In this document: positions 16,438 to 24,923 of the stretch, piece by piece
How positions within the stretch are numbered: position 1 is the first letter of the stretch
How the letters are laid out: each line of letters starts with the position of its first letter
Sequence record: SRR20825010_2951
Direction: 5' to 3' (one strand)
DNA length: 41,913 bases
The notes under the pieces: generated by a model
Seen by the model: the letters and a program-made list of their open reading frames with translations, nothing else
Database searches by the model: none
What the model was told of the DNA's origin: nothing
Made by a program: the position numbers and the translations under genes

Positions 16438-19400
16438 TTACTTCGAGCGGTTGAAGTTGAACCAACGTTTCTTGGCCGTGGCTTCTTCACCAGCAGGTTT
16501 TTCCGCCACTGGTTTGGAAGGCGTCCGAGCGGATACCTGTTTGGCAGGAACCTGCGAGTTCGATCCGTTGGTCGTCGCTTGTTTGGTCGGTACCGATCCG
16601 GTGAAGCCCGCTCCCGTCGCTGGAACGCCGCTTGACACGGGTGCCGGCAACATTTCATTCGGAGCCGACAGCACTGGTGGCGGCAATTGATCCACGGGCA
16701 AACCTTGTTGCGTCGGCATCGATCCCTGAGGAGCCTCGATCCAATCGTTGTGGATGATTGACTCACCAGGATTCAATGTCACGTCCGATGGCAACTGGTT
16801 CGTTGTTCCGGGAACCACATGTCCTTCGACTGAATTGATGACGGTACCAGGAGGAACCATGCCTCCCTTCACGGCGCGGCCACCACCGGGCATATCAGCC
16901 GCGGGGAAGACATCGACCGTGGGATGAATGTCGGGATAGATCGTTGGCCCAACCGCGGGTCCCCACAATCCATATCCGCCAGACAATCCAACATCACCGT
17001 GCATTTCGACGACGTCGGCCAAGCACCAACTCATGCGGCTGGATTCAACCTGTTTGACGTACTCGAGATCTTCATGACCGGTCACCAAGATCGGTGTCAT
17101 GACCACCAGCAATTCGCTGCGTTGTTCAATTTCTGAGTCAAACTTGAAGAACGTTCCGACAACGGGAATGTTCGACAGGTAAGGCACTCGTCGTGTTCGG
17201 TTTTGACGAACCTTTTGAATCAATCCACCGAAGACAACCGTTTGGCCGTCGAAGGCCGTGATGGTTGCCTGAGCTTGGGTTCGATCGATCGCCGGAACGA
17301 AAATCGGCACGTCATCTTGGAAGGCACCAATGATTTGGCCTTCGTTGTTGTTGATGTCGCTGCGGCTGGCATCGATGGCCATGAAGATCATTCCATCGGC
17401 ACCCACACGCGGTGTCACCCGCAAGATGATTCCGATTTCCTCGTCTTCGATCCCAATGATGGGTTGCGAAGCTGTGCCGCCCGTTCCGCCGGTAAAGGAC
17501 AGCTCGGTTGGACGCGGGAAGCTCTGACCGACTTGGACAAAGCCTTCCGTGTTGTCGGCGGTCATAATCTCAGGTCGACTGAGAATCTGCAGCCGGTTGG
17601 CAACTCGCAAAGTCCGCAAGAACAGGTTGACTGACTCGCTGGCCGCCGAGAAAACAAAGCCACCGGAGTTGAGGCCGCTGAGCTGAGTGAGCTGACTGGC
17701 ACCTGCCCCAAAACTCGTTATGCCCTGGGCTGCAAGATTTTCCTGCCCCAGCTGATTGCCGTTCGGAAGGTTGACGCTGGTCCCGTTGAAGTTGAACCCC
17801 GGATCATTAACCGGTGTACCCACGCCGCGATCGAACAGCAATGAGTCTTGCAATCCAAACTCACCGCCGATTTCGAAGCCGTCGTCCAGCTGGACTTCCG
17901 CGATCAATGTCTTGATCAAGACCATCGGTGGACGTCGATCCAAACGATCGATCAACTGACGGACTTCTTCGTAGATTCGTGGCGAAACGCTGAGCAACAC
18001 GCTGTTCGTTTGAGCTTCCGCAACCGCGACGATGTCACGATCGGGAAGGTCCAACGGGCCAAGGCCCTGTTGGAATTGCGTGATGTTGTTTCGAGATTGA
18101 GCCCGCTGCGAAACATAGTTGGTGATCGCCAGCGCGACGTTCTCAGCGATTTGGTGTTTCAGCCAAATCACTTCGGTGATGCGTTCAGCAAACCCTTCGC
18201 TGTCGAGTCGCAACAAGATGCTTTCGACCACTTCCAAATCTTCGGCCGATCCGCTGGCAATGATGCTGTTGGTGCGGATGTCGGTTGAGAAAACCAGTGG
18301 CGTCAGTGCACTCTCGGATGCCGACAACGATGGCAACTCACCAAGGTTCCCCGCTCCGACGCTGGTACCGTTGGTCGCCGCGTCATCGCCGAACAAGTTC
18401 TGCAGGGCGGTGGTCAACTGCGTTGCGTCACCATTTTCAATCGTGAACACTTTGACCAGCGAATCGATGCCGGGTGTTTGATCGAGCTGACGAATCAGTT
18501 CGCCGATCAGAGGCATGCCTCCGGCCGGAGCACGCACAACCACCGCGTTGACGTTGCTGTCGGCGGTGATCACGGCACCGTTCAAAATTCCCGAATCGAG
18601 AATGGGATTGCCGGGCGAATTGAGTGAGACGATTGACAACGAAGTTGCCGCGGCCGTTGTGTCACCAGCGATGTTTTCGGGCTCGCCCGAAATCGCATCT
18701 TGCAACACCTCGACCATGTCTTCCGCTCGAGCATTGGTCAAAGGGAAAACTTTGATCTCAGCGGTCGAAGGAATTTTTTGAACGTCGATTTCCTCGACCA
18801 AACGTGTGACTTCGGCGAGGTCACGCGGCGACGCACTGACAATCAGCGAATTGGTGCGATAGTCGGCTGAGATCCGAACGCGAACGCCCAGACCGGGCCG
18901 ATTTTCTTCATCACCGCCGGGTTGGTTGGTGAAGAACGTTTGAATGGTGGCTTCGGCGTCCGTTGCCGACGCGTGTTGCAAACGGAAAACTCGCAAACGA
19001 TCCGTTTCTGGAATCGGTTGGTCGATCTTTTCGATCAAATCATTGACCGCTTCGATGGCTTCTTTGCGACCGATCAACAACAACGCATTGGGTGAGTCGA
19101 GAGCGGTGATGCTGACGTCGCCTTGGCGTGCCGACAACACGTCTTCGTAAAGCTGCGTCAGCAATGCTGCGACGGCGTTGGAATCAGCGTGCTGAAGCTG
19201 ACGCACTTCGATCTCAGGCTGAGTCAGCTTGCTCTTCTCTTCGATGTCTTTGACGATATCCATGACGCGTTGGATATCGCGTTTGTTGCCTTTGACGATG
19301 ATCAATCCCGATTCAGGAACAAACTGAATCTCTGGATCACCAATCGGGCCGGCGGGGTCTTCACCTTCCGCGTTGGGGTCAGCCGCGGCCACGTCGGCTG

Positions 19401-20214
19401 CACCTTCCGGCGCCGCGTTCCCGCCTTCGTTTTGGAACGCAGCGGTGCGGAAGTTTGGCTGGGTTCGGTTGGATGCGGGACGTGCCGATGTTCCCGAACC
19501 CGTTTTCGGATCGAGATCTCGCAACAAACGAATCGCACGTTGCACCGAAGAAATCTTCGCATGCTGCAACATGTAGACGCGAGTTTCTTCGCCGGCAAAA
19601 CGAGGTGCTTGGTCGATCGCTTGGATCGTCTTGCGCCACGTGTTGTGCATCATCGGGCTGGTCGTCAGCGTGACCGCGTTGGCACGACGATCGACTTCAA
19701 CTCGAGTCGCACTGCCGCCACGTTTTTCCATCGTCAACGTGAACGATGCTCGCTCGCCGTTTCGGCTGGTCGTCACCGGCACGTCTTCGCCAGCGATGAT
19801 TCGCAATGCGTCTTCGACTTCTCGCCAAGTGATGTTGACCAAGTGCACGGTGATTGGCGTTGCGGCCTGTGAACCGGCGGCTTGAGCCATGTTGCTGGAC
19901 AAGGTCGCTGCTTCTGCGGCGATGCGGCTTTGCAGATTTGGCGGTGCCAGAACCAACAGTCCTCCACCTGGACGATCGTCCGGAGTGATCGTCACACCCG
20001 GCTGATCGAGATACTGCAGACTCAGACGTGTCGCCACCGAATCGGCCACCGAGGCTGGCACCTTGAGATGCTTCAGCTGCGGCTCATTGGGACGCTGAGC
20101 GGAGACGCCCATGGCTGTCGACGTCGCGATTGCCAGAGCAAGTGCGACTCGTTTTGCGGTCGCCAATTTCGCGGAACGCTTCCGTTGATTGAATCGAATG
20201 AGCTTGCCGGTCAC
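16438..20214 (-). CDS. Very large secretin with multiple Secretin_N repeats (GspD-like)
   Basis: Signal peptide ending VSA; repeated LxHA/NA...TNSLIV...IxxLD units; VLIKTLIAEV, LSRPEIMT, ILRVTPRV, DGQTVVFGGLI, VPYLSNIPVVGTFF, ELLVVMTP; Pro-rich tail. Confidence 0.9.
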   Translation of the reverse strand: MTGKLIRFNQRKRSAKLATAKRVALALAIATSTAMGVSAQRPNEPQLKHLKVPASVADSVATRLSLQYLDQPGVTITPDDRPGGGLLVLAPPNLQSRIAAEAATLSSNMAQAAGSQAATPITVHLVNITWREVEDALRIIAGEDVPVTTSRNGERASFTLTMEKRGGSATRVEVDRRANAVTLTTSPMMHNTWRKTIQAIDQAPRFAGEETRVYMLQHAKISSVQRAIRLLRDLDPKTGSGTSARPASNRTQPNFRTAAFQNEGGNAAPEGAADVAAADPNAEGEDPAGPIGDPEIQFVPESGLIIVKGNKRDIQRVMDIVKDIEEKSKLTQPEIEVRQLQHADSNAVAALLTQLYEDVLSARQGDVSITALDSPNALLLIGRKEAIEAVNDLIEKIDQPIPETDRLRVFRLQHASATDAEATIQTFFTNQPGGDEENRPGLGVRVRISADYRTNSLIVSASPRDLAEVTRLVEEIDVQKIPSTAEIKVFPLTNARAEDMVEVLQDAISGEPENIAGDTTAAATSLSIVSLNSPGNPILDSGILNGAVITADSNVNAVVVRAPAGGMPLIGELIRQLDQTPGIDSLVKVFTIENGDATQLTTALQNLFGDDAATNGTSVGAGNLGELPSLSASESALTPLVFSTDIRTNSIIASGSAEDLEVVESILLRLDSEGFAERITEVIWLKHQIAENVALAITNYVSQRAQSRNNITQFQQGLGPLDLPDRDIVAVAEAQTNSVLLSVSPRIYEEVRQLIDRLDRRPPMVLIKTLIAEVQLDDGFEIGGEFGLQDSLLFDRGVGTPVNDPGFNFNGTSVNLPNGNQLGQENLAAQGITSFGAGASQLTQLSGLNSGGFVFSAASESVNLFLRTLRVANRLQILSRPEIMTADNTEGFVQVGQSFPRPTELSFTGGTGGTASQPIIGIEDEEIGIILRVTPRVGADGMIFMAIDASRSDINNNEGQIIGAFQDDVPIFVPAIDRTQAQATITAFDGQTVVFGGLIQKVRQNRTRRVPYLSNIPVVGTFFKFDSEIEQRSELLVVMTPILVTGHEDLEYVKQVESSRMSWCLADVVEMHGDVGLSGGYGLWGPAVGPTIYPDIHPTVDVFPAADMPGGGRAVKGGMVPPGTVINSVEGHVVPGTTNQLPSDVTLNPGESIIHNDWIEAPQGSMPTQQGLPVDQLPPPVLSAPNEMLPAPVSSGVPATGAGFTGSVPTKQATTNGSNSQVPAKQVSARTPSKPVAEKPAGEEATAKKRWFNFNRSK

Positions 20215-20375
20215 GGTGCCACCTTGTGTTCGAATGAATCGGCGAACGAGTTTTCTCGCTCACCGGTGCAGAAAGCTCCTCTGCACAACCCGTTACTTCG
20301 TCACAACCGGACCAATCACTGCAATCAAATTGAGAGGCAGCGTCGGTTGTTACAAAACGCAGGGACACAAAAACG

Positions 20376-20434
20376 GCACGAAAAAAGCCCCCTCGTTAGG
20401 CACCGCTTTCAAAACGGCGACCACATAGGGGGCT
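20376..20434 (-). terminator. Terminator downstream of tRNA-Leu
   Basis: Minus strand agccccct...agggggct followed by TTTTTCGTG. Confidence 0.55.
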
Positions 20435-20457
20435 AATTCGTTGAAATTTCAATCAAG

Positions 20458-20542
20458 TACGGATGAGAGGATTCGAACCTCCACGCCCTTATCGGGCACT
20501 AGATCCTGAGTCTAGCGCGTCTGCCAATTCCGCCACATCCGC
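20458..20542 (-). tRNA. tRNA-Leu(CAG), CCA not encoded
   Basis: GCGGATG/CATCCGT acceptor stem, GGAATTGGCAGAC D arm, CTAGA-CTCAGGA-TCTAG anticodon arm, long variable arm, GGTTCGAATCC T arm. Confidence 0.97.
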
Positions 20543-20554
20543 GGGCAAAGCGGC

Positions 20555-20583
20555 AGGATATCCTCTCAACTCAATGTCGACAA
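20555..20583 (-). promoter_or_regulatory. Putative sigma-70 promoter of tRNA-Leu
   Basis: TTGTCG-17 nt-TATCCT ending 12 nt upstream of the tRNA 5' end. Confidence 0.55.
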
Positions 20584-20728
20584 GTCGCATCCCAACGGTC
20601 GCGGACACCTCTCGCCGAGGAACGGTTAAAAAATAGCTGTTGAGCATTTTGTATCGGAATCACCGGTTGAATGTCCCGTCCAAAAGGCCCCTGACGCTCG
20701 CGTCCCGCTCGCTGGTAATCTCGGGCAA

Positions 20729-22198
20729 ATGAATCACAGCCCCCTTCCGTGTCGTCTCGAAACATCCCTTCCAGTTTCTGCCACCGACCACGCGGTCCAG
20801 CTCCGCAGCCGGTGCCGAGGATGCATTCCGCTGGATGCAATTTGGTCACCGTGGATGACTGAGTTGGCTGCCGACTCCGATCGCGTCAAACAGCTGATTG
20901 AGTTTCACGGCTCGCCGGTCAACGTGTTGTCGACCGATCCCATGCGGTCCAACATCAAAGACCTTCAGAACGTCGCCAGCCAAGCAAGTGTGCCGCTGCA
21001 AATTCACTTCGCTCGCAAAGCCAACAAGTGTGCCGAATTCGTCCGCACCGGACTGATGGAAGCCATCGGCTTCGATGTCGCCAGCGAATCCGAAACGCAG
21101 CAAACGCTGGATGAACTGCATCGATTGCCGCAACATCCGTTCGATTTCCCTATCGTCTGCACCGCTGCGGTCAAACCGGTCAGCTCGATTCGTTCGTGCG
21201 TGTTGAGCAACATCGTTCTCGTCATCGACAACGAAGATGAACTCACAACCTTGCGTGAAACCCTCGCTCACCTGGGATCGACCGCACCGAAAGCGAGAAT
21301 CGCATTCCGTCTGCAGCATTGTTCCGCCAAGTTCCCTGACGTGCCATCACGGTTCGGTATGCCAGCCGACGAATTGACTCTGCTCGCGAGATCACTTTGC
21401 GACGAACCTCGCATTCAGGTCGTCGGCATTCACTTTCACGTCCACCGGTCTGACGAGCAATTCTCGCCATCGCTCACGAAAGCGTTGATCGAGGATGCAC
21501 TTCGTGTCGTCGATCGAGTTCGAGAGATCGGACACTCGGTCGCATGGTTGGACATCGGCGGCGGCTTCCCAGTCAATTATCTTTGCCATCAAAAGCAATG
21601 GCAACGTTTTCTCAAAGAAGCCCACACGTTCACGGAATCAAGCGGTCGTTTCAAAGCGAATCGCAAACTGACGTGGAATCAACGTTCTCTGAGAGACATC
21701 GATCCGACGTGGCAACCGATGAATGCAGCGGATTGGCTTCGCGCCATTTTAACTCCATCGCTCGCCTACGAAATCAATTGTCGAGAACTGATTTTAAAAT
21801 GCGAACCTGGCCGAGCACTGCTGGATGGCTGCGGCTTGACGATCGCGGAGGTTTTGTTCGTCAAACGTGACCAAAATCAAAACCATCTGATCGGGCTGAT
21901 GATGAACAGCTCGCAGTGCCGAACAACTCGCGATGATTTCCTGGTCGATCCCATCGTCATCTCCGCTTCGAATGAATCCGCCAAGTTAACAAACCAGACT
22001 GATCATGCGGAGATCGAAGGCTACTTTGTCGGTGGTTACTGCACCGAGTCAGAGTATCTGATGCAGCGACGATTTCGGTTTCCACGCGGTATTTCACGAG
22101 GTGATTTTGTGCTGATCCCCAACACCGCCGCCTACCAGATGCATTTCGCTGAAAGCAGGGCACATCAAATGCCGTTGGCCGAAAATGTCTTTCTCTGA
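20729..22198 (+). CDS. Type III PLP-dependent decarboxylase-like enzyme (Y4yA-like / DAP decarboxylase fold)
   Basis: HFARKANK (PLP Lys), FDVAS, SRFG, GIHFH, DIGGG, EPGRA, GGYCTESE, NTAAY, HFAESRAHQMP; exact start uncertain. Confidence 0.82.
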   Translation: MNHSPLPCRLETSLPVSATDHAVQLRSRCRGCIPLDAIWSPWMTELAADSDRVKQLIEFHGSPVNVLSTDPMRSNIKDLQNVASQASVPLQIHFARKANKCAEFVRTGLMEAIGFDVASESETQQTLDELHRLPQHPFDFPIVCTAAVKPVSSIRSCVLSNIVLVIDNEDELTTLRETLAHLGSTAPKARIAFRLQHCSAKFPDVPSRFGMPADELTLLARSLCDEPRIQVVGIHFHVHRSDEQFSPSLTKALIEDALRVVDRVREIGHSVAWLDIGGGFPVNYLCHQKQWQRFLKEAHTFTESSGRFKANRKLTWNQRSLRDIDPTWQPMNAADWLRAILTPSLAYEINCRELILKCEPGRALLDGCGLTIAEVLFVKRDQNQNHLIGLMMNSSQCRTTRDDFLVDPIVISASNESAKLTNQTDHAEIEGYFVGGYCTESEYLMQRRFRFPRGISRGDFVLIPNTAAYQMHFAESRAHQMPLAENVFL

Positions 22199-22293
22199 TG
22201 GAATTGCCGCCACCAAAGCAAAACGCGAACGCCTCGGAATGAGACGGTCGCGTTGCGTGAAAGATTCAGTTCAATCCGATCGAACGATTCGGA

Positions 22294-23544
22294 TCAGCTT
22301 CCGGCCTTGGGCAGATCGGTGTGAGCGTTGGGGCCGAAGTAACGCAGGCCGACCAATGGTTCGCTGCCCAAGTTTTCGATCTCGACACCGTTGGTCGCGG
22401 CAACGTGGCTGATGAACACTTCGTCGGTCGTGTTCTCGCCGAAGCGAATCATGGCAGGTGTTTGCAGGTCGAGGTTTCCGATTCGGCCGCGACCTTGAAC
22501 CGTGATCCAGCTGCTCGCGGCACCGTCTTTCAAAACGCATTTCGCACCGGGAGCAATCGTCAGCTCTTTTGCGCTGAACAATTGCTCGCCATCGACCGTG
22601 CCGTAAACGATCCACAAATCTTCGTAGCCATCGCCGCTCCGTTTTTCATCGCGAACTGGCTCGAGGTAGTTGCTGTTTTTGAAGTGCGTGTCGACGTTCT
22701 TGTCCCAATCCAATTGCCCGACGATGAAATCGAGGTCCTGGTGCTTTTCTTCGGGCATGTCTTTGACCAGCAACGACCAAGGCACATAACGGCCTTCGAC
22801 GATCGATTGGTACATGCCGAACACGTCGCTGCCCCATTGTGGCTCGTACGTGCACAGTGACCCAGGAGCATGGAGAACTCCCGGTGGAATCAACCAACCG
22901 GTACCACGTTTGAGTCGGTAGGCACGGCTAAGATCCAAGATCCCGTTGTCGCCTTCGTTCCAATTTTCCAAGCAACGACGCACATCCTCGGGTTGGGTAC
23001 CAGGTTCCAAACCCATGAACGTGTACGAGAAATTGTTGTCGACGTTGTTCAACTGTGGCGGGAAGTAATAACTTTCCGGCTTGCCTTCCTGACCGACCAG
23101 TTCCGCGTCTTCGAACGACTGGTGCATGTGATGGGGGATGGGGCCCATGTTGTCAAAGAATTTCGAGTACACCGGCCAACGGTTGTACTTCGAGTAAATT
23201 GCTTCGCCGACGATGTCGTTGCCGCGTTCGGCAACCGCATCCTTCAGCATGAATTTTTTGCCTTCGAACAAGCAAAAACTTTGACCTTCGTGCCAAACAC
23301 GACCTTCGTTGGCCGCGTCGGTGGTGCTGCCGAACCAACGTTCGTCAATTCCACCGCGATCTGCACCAAAGCGATAGTAATCCGAAGGATGCAATTTGAT
23401 CCGGCGTCCGGGGTGCAGGAACGAACGCGGAACCCAGGTCGGAGTCAACCGCAGTACACCACCATGGGCGTCCATGGCAGAATCGAGGATACTGGAAACG
23501 CTGTCGCCCTGGATTAATCCTTCGTCTAACTTCACGGTGCTCAT
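22294..23544 (-). CDS. Phosphomannose-isomerase-like cupin protein
   Basis: IDERW, SKFFD, PHHMH, GKPESYY, LHAPG, EPQWGSD parallel the type I PMI motifs; start placed at MSTV. Confidence 0.7.
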   Translation of the reverse strand: MSTVKLDEGLIQGDSVSSILDSAMDAHGGVLRLTPTWVPRSFLHPGRRIKLHPSDYYRFGADRGGIDERWFGSTTDAANEGRVWHEGQSFCLFEGKKFMLKDAVAERGNDIVGEAIYSKYNRWPVYSKFFDNMGPIPHHMHQSFEDAELVGQEGKPESYYFPPQLNNVDNNFSYTFMGLEPGTQPEDVRRCLENWNEGDNGILDLSRAYRLKRGTGWLIPPGVLHAPGSLCTYEPQWGSDVFGMYQSIVEGRYVPWSLLVKDMPEEKHQDLDFIVGQLDWDKNVDTHFKNSNYLEPVRDEKRSGDGYEDLWIVYGTVDGEQLFSAKELTIAPGAKCVLKDGAASSWITVQGRGRIGNLDLQTPAMIRFGENTTDEVFISHVAATNGVEIENLGSEPLVGLRYFGPNAHTDLPKAGS

Positions 23545-23738
23545 CGGGTGCTCGGTTGGGAGGCGGTGGAGATGGGATGATGAATGATAATTAGCATGGA
23601 ACACAATCAACACGAATTGCGCCCAGACCGTTTCCAGGACATGTTTTAGGCCGCAGCGAAGGTCTATACAAGTTCAGAGCCCGGGTCCAGAATGCCCCGG
23701 CTTCGCACGCCACCCTCGAATTGAATTGGAAGCCCTTC

Positions 23739-24923
23739 ATGGCCACCGAATCCATCGTTGTCCGAGAAGTCGATGACCGTGACCAACGCATCCAGTGGGA
23801 CACAAACAGCCCGCTTCACCTGGATTTGTCGACCCGAGTCGGCGATTGGACGATCCGGCACGGAATCTTCCGCGGTGGCGTGAGCGAAGGCGTCGAAATC
23901 GTTCGGCTCAAAAACAGCCGAATGCATGTCGACGTGTTGCCCACCCGTGGCATGTCGATTTGGCGAATCGAATGCGATGGAATTCGTTTTGGCTGGCATT
24001 CCCCGGTCAACGGACCGGTTCACCCGAATCACGTTCCCGTTTCCGAACCCAGCGGATTGGGTTGGTTGTCGGGTTTCGATGAACTCGTCGTGCGTTGCGG
24101 ATTGGAAAGCAACGGTGCACCTCAGCACGATGCCAACGGAAAACTGGAATATCCGCTGCACGGGCACATCGCCAACACACCAGCGGATTCATTGTCGCTT
24201 GAGTTTGATGAAGCCAGCGGCCGCGTCGAACTGATTGCCGAAACCATCGAAACACGCCTGTTTTTCAAGCGTTTTCGAATGCGTTCGCGAATTCGCGTCC
24301 ATGCCGATCGCACCGAAGTGGAAATACTCGACGACGTAACCAACGAATTGGCCATGCCCCGAACGATGCAGATGCTTTACCACATCAACCTTGGATCACC
24401 GGTTCTTGGTGAGAACAGTCGCCTCGTCTCGACACTCGATGAACTAGCTCCCAAAGACGCTCACGCAGCCGAACAAATCGACCGCTGGGATGAGTTCGAT
24501 GGTCCAACCACCGGTGAAGCCGAACGCGTTTACTTTGGTCGGCCTCGCGCCGATGAAACCGGTTACACACACGCGTTGTTGATGTCTCCCAAACAAAAAC
24601 GCGGGTTCGCGGTCAGCTTTAAAACGTCCACCCTGCCCGCCTTTGTCCTCTGGAAAAACACCGCCGCCGAAACGGATGGCTATGTGACCGGATTGGAACC
24701 TGCAACCGGTTTCCCCAACCGCCGTGGATTCGAAGAGCAACAGGGCCGGTTGGTTGACATTGGTGCCGGCGAAACCAAATCCTTCCGCATCAAACTGCGT
24801 CCGTTGATGGATGCGGATTCAGTCGAAGCCACCCGGCAAAAGATCCAATCGCTCACCGATGAGGGCGAGCCGACGGAGATTTCGAAAGAACCGCGAAGCG
24901 ATTGGACGGACCTCAATGGCTGA
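23739..24923 (+). CDS. Aldose 1-epimerase family protein (DUF4432-like)
   Basis: VLPTRGMSIW, GWHSP, CGLESNG, PLHG, LYHINLG, YVTGLEP. Confidence 0.82.
   Translation: MATESIVVREVDDRDQRIQWDTNSPLHLDLSTRVGDWTIRHGIFRGGVSEGVEIVRLKNSRMHVDVLPTRGMSIWRIECDGIRFGWHSPVNGPVHPNHVPVSEPSGLGWLSGFDELVVRCGLESNGAPQHDANGKLEYPLHGHIANTPADSLSLEFDEASGRVELIAETIETRLFFKRFRMRSRIRVHADRTEVEILDDVTNELAMPRTMQMLYHINLGSPVLGENSRLVSTLDELAPKDAHAAEQIDRWDEFDGPTTGEAERVYFGRPRADETGYTHALLMSPKQKRGFAVSFKTSTLPAFVLWKNTAAETDGYVTGLEPATGFPNRRGFEEQQGRLVDIGAGETKSFRIKLRPLMDADSVEATRQKIQSLTDEGEPTEISKEPRSDWTDLNG

Noticed and set aside
20374-20388. Sigma-54-like GGCACG-N6-GC on the plus strand
   Set aside because: It coincides with the minus-strand terminator tail and points antisense into the tRNA
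20458-22198. tRNA-Leu as an integration site for a genomic island
   Set aside because: No integrase and no duplicated tRNA 3' end seen in the window; the tRNA 3' side leads to a terminator and a secretin gene
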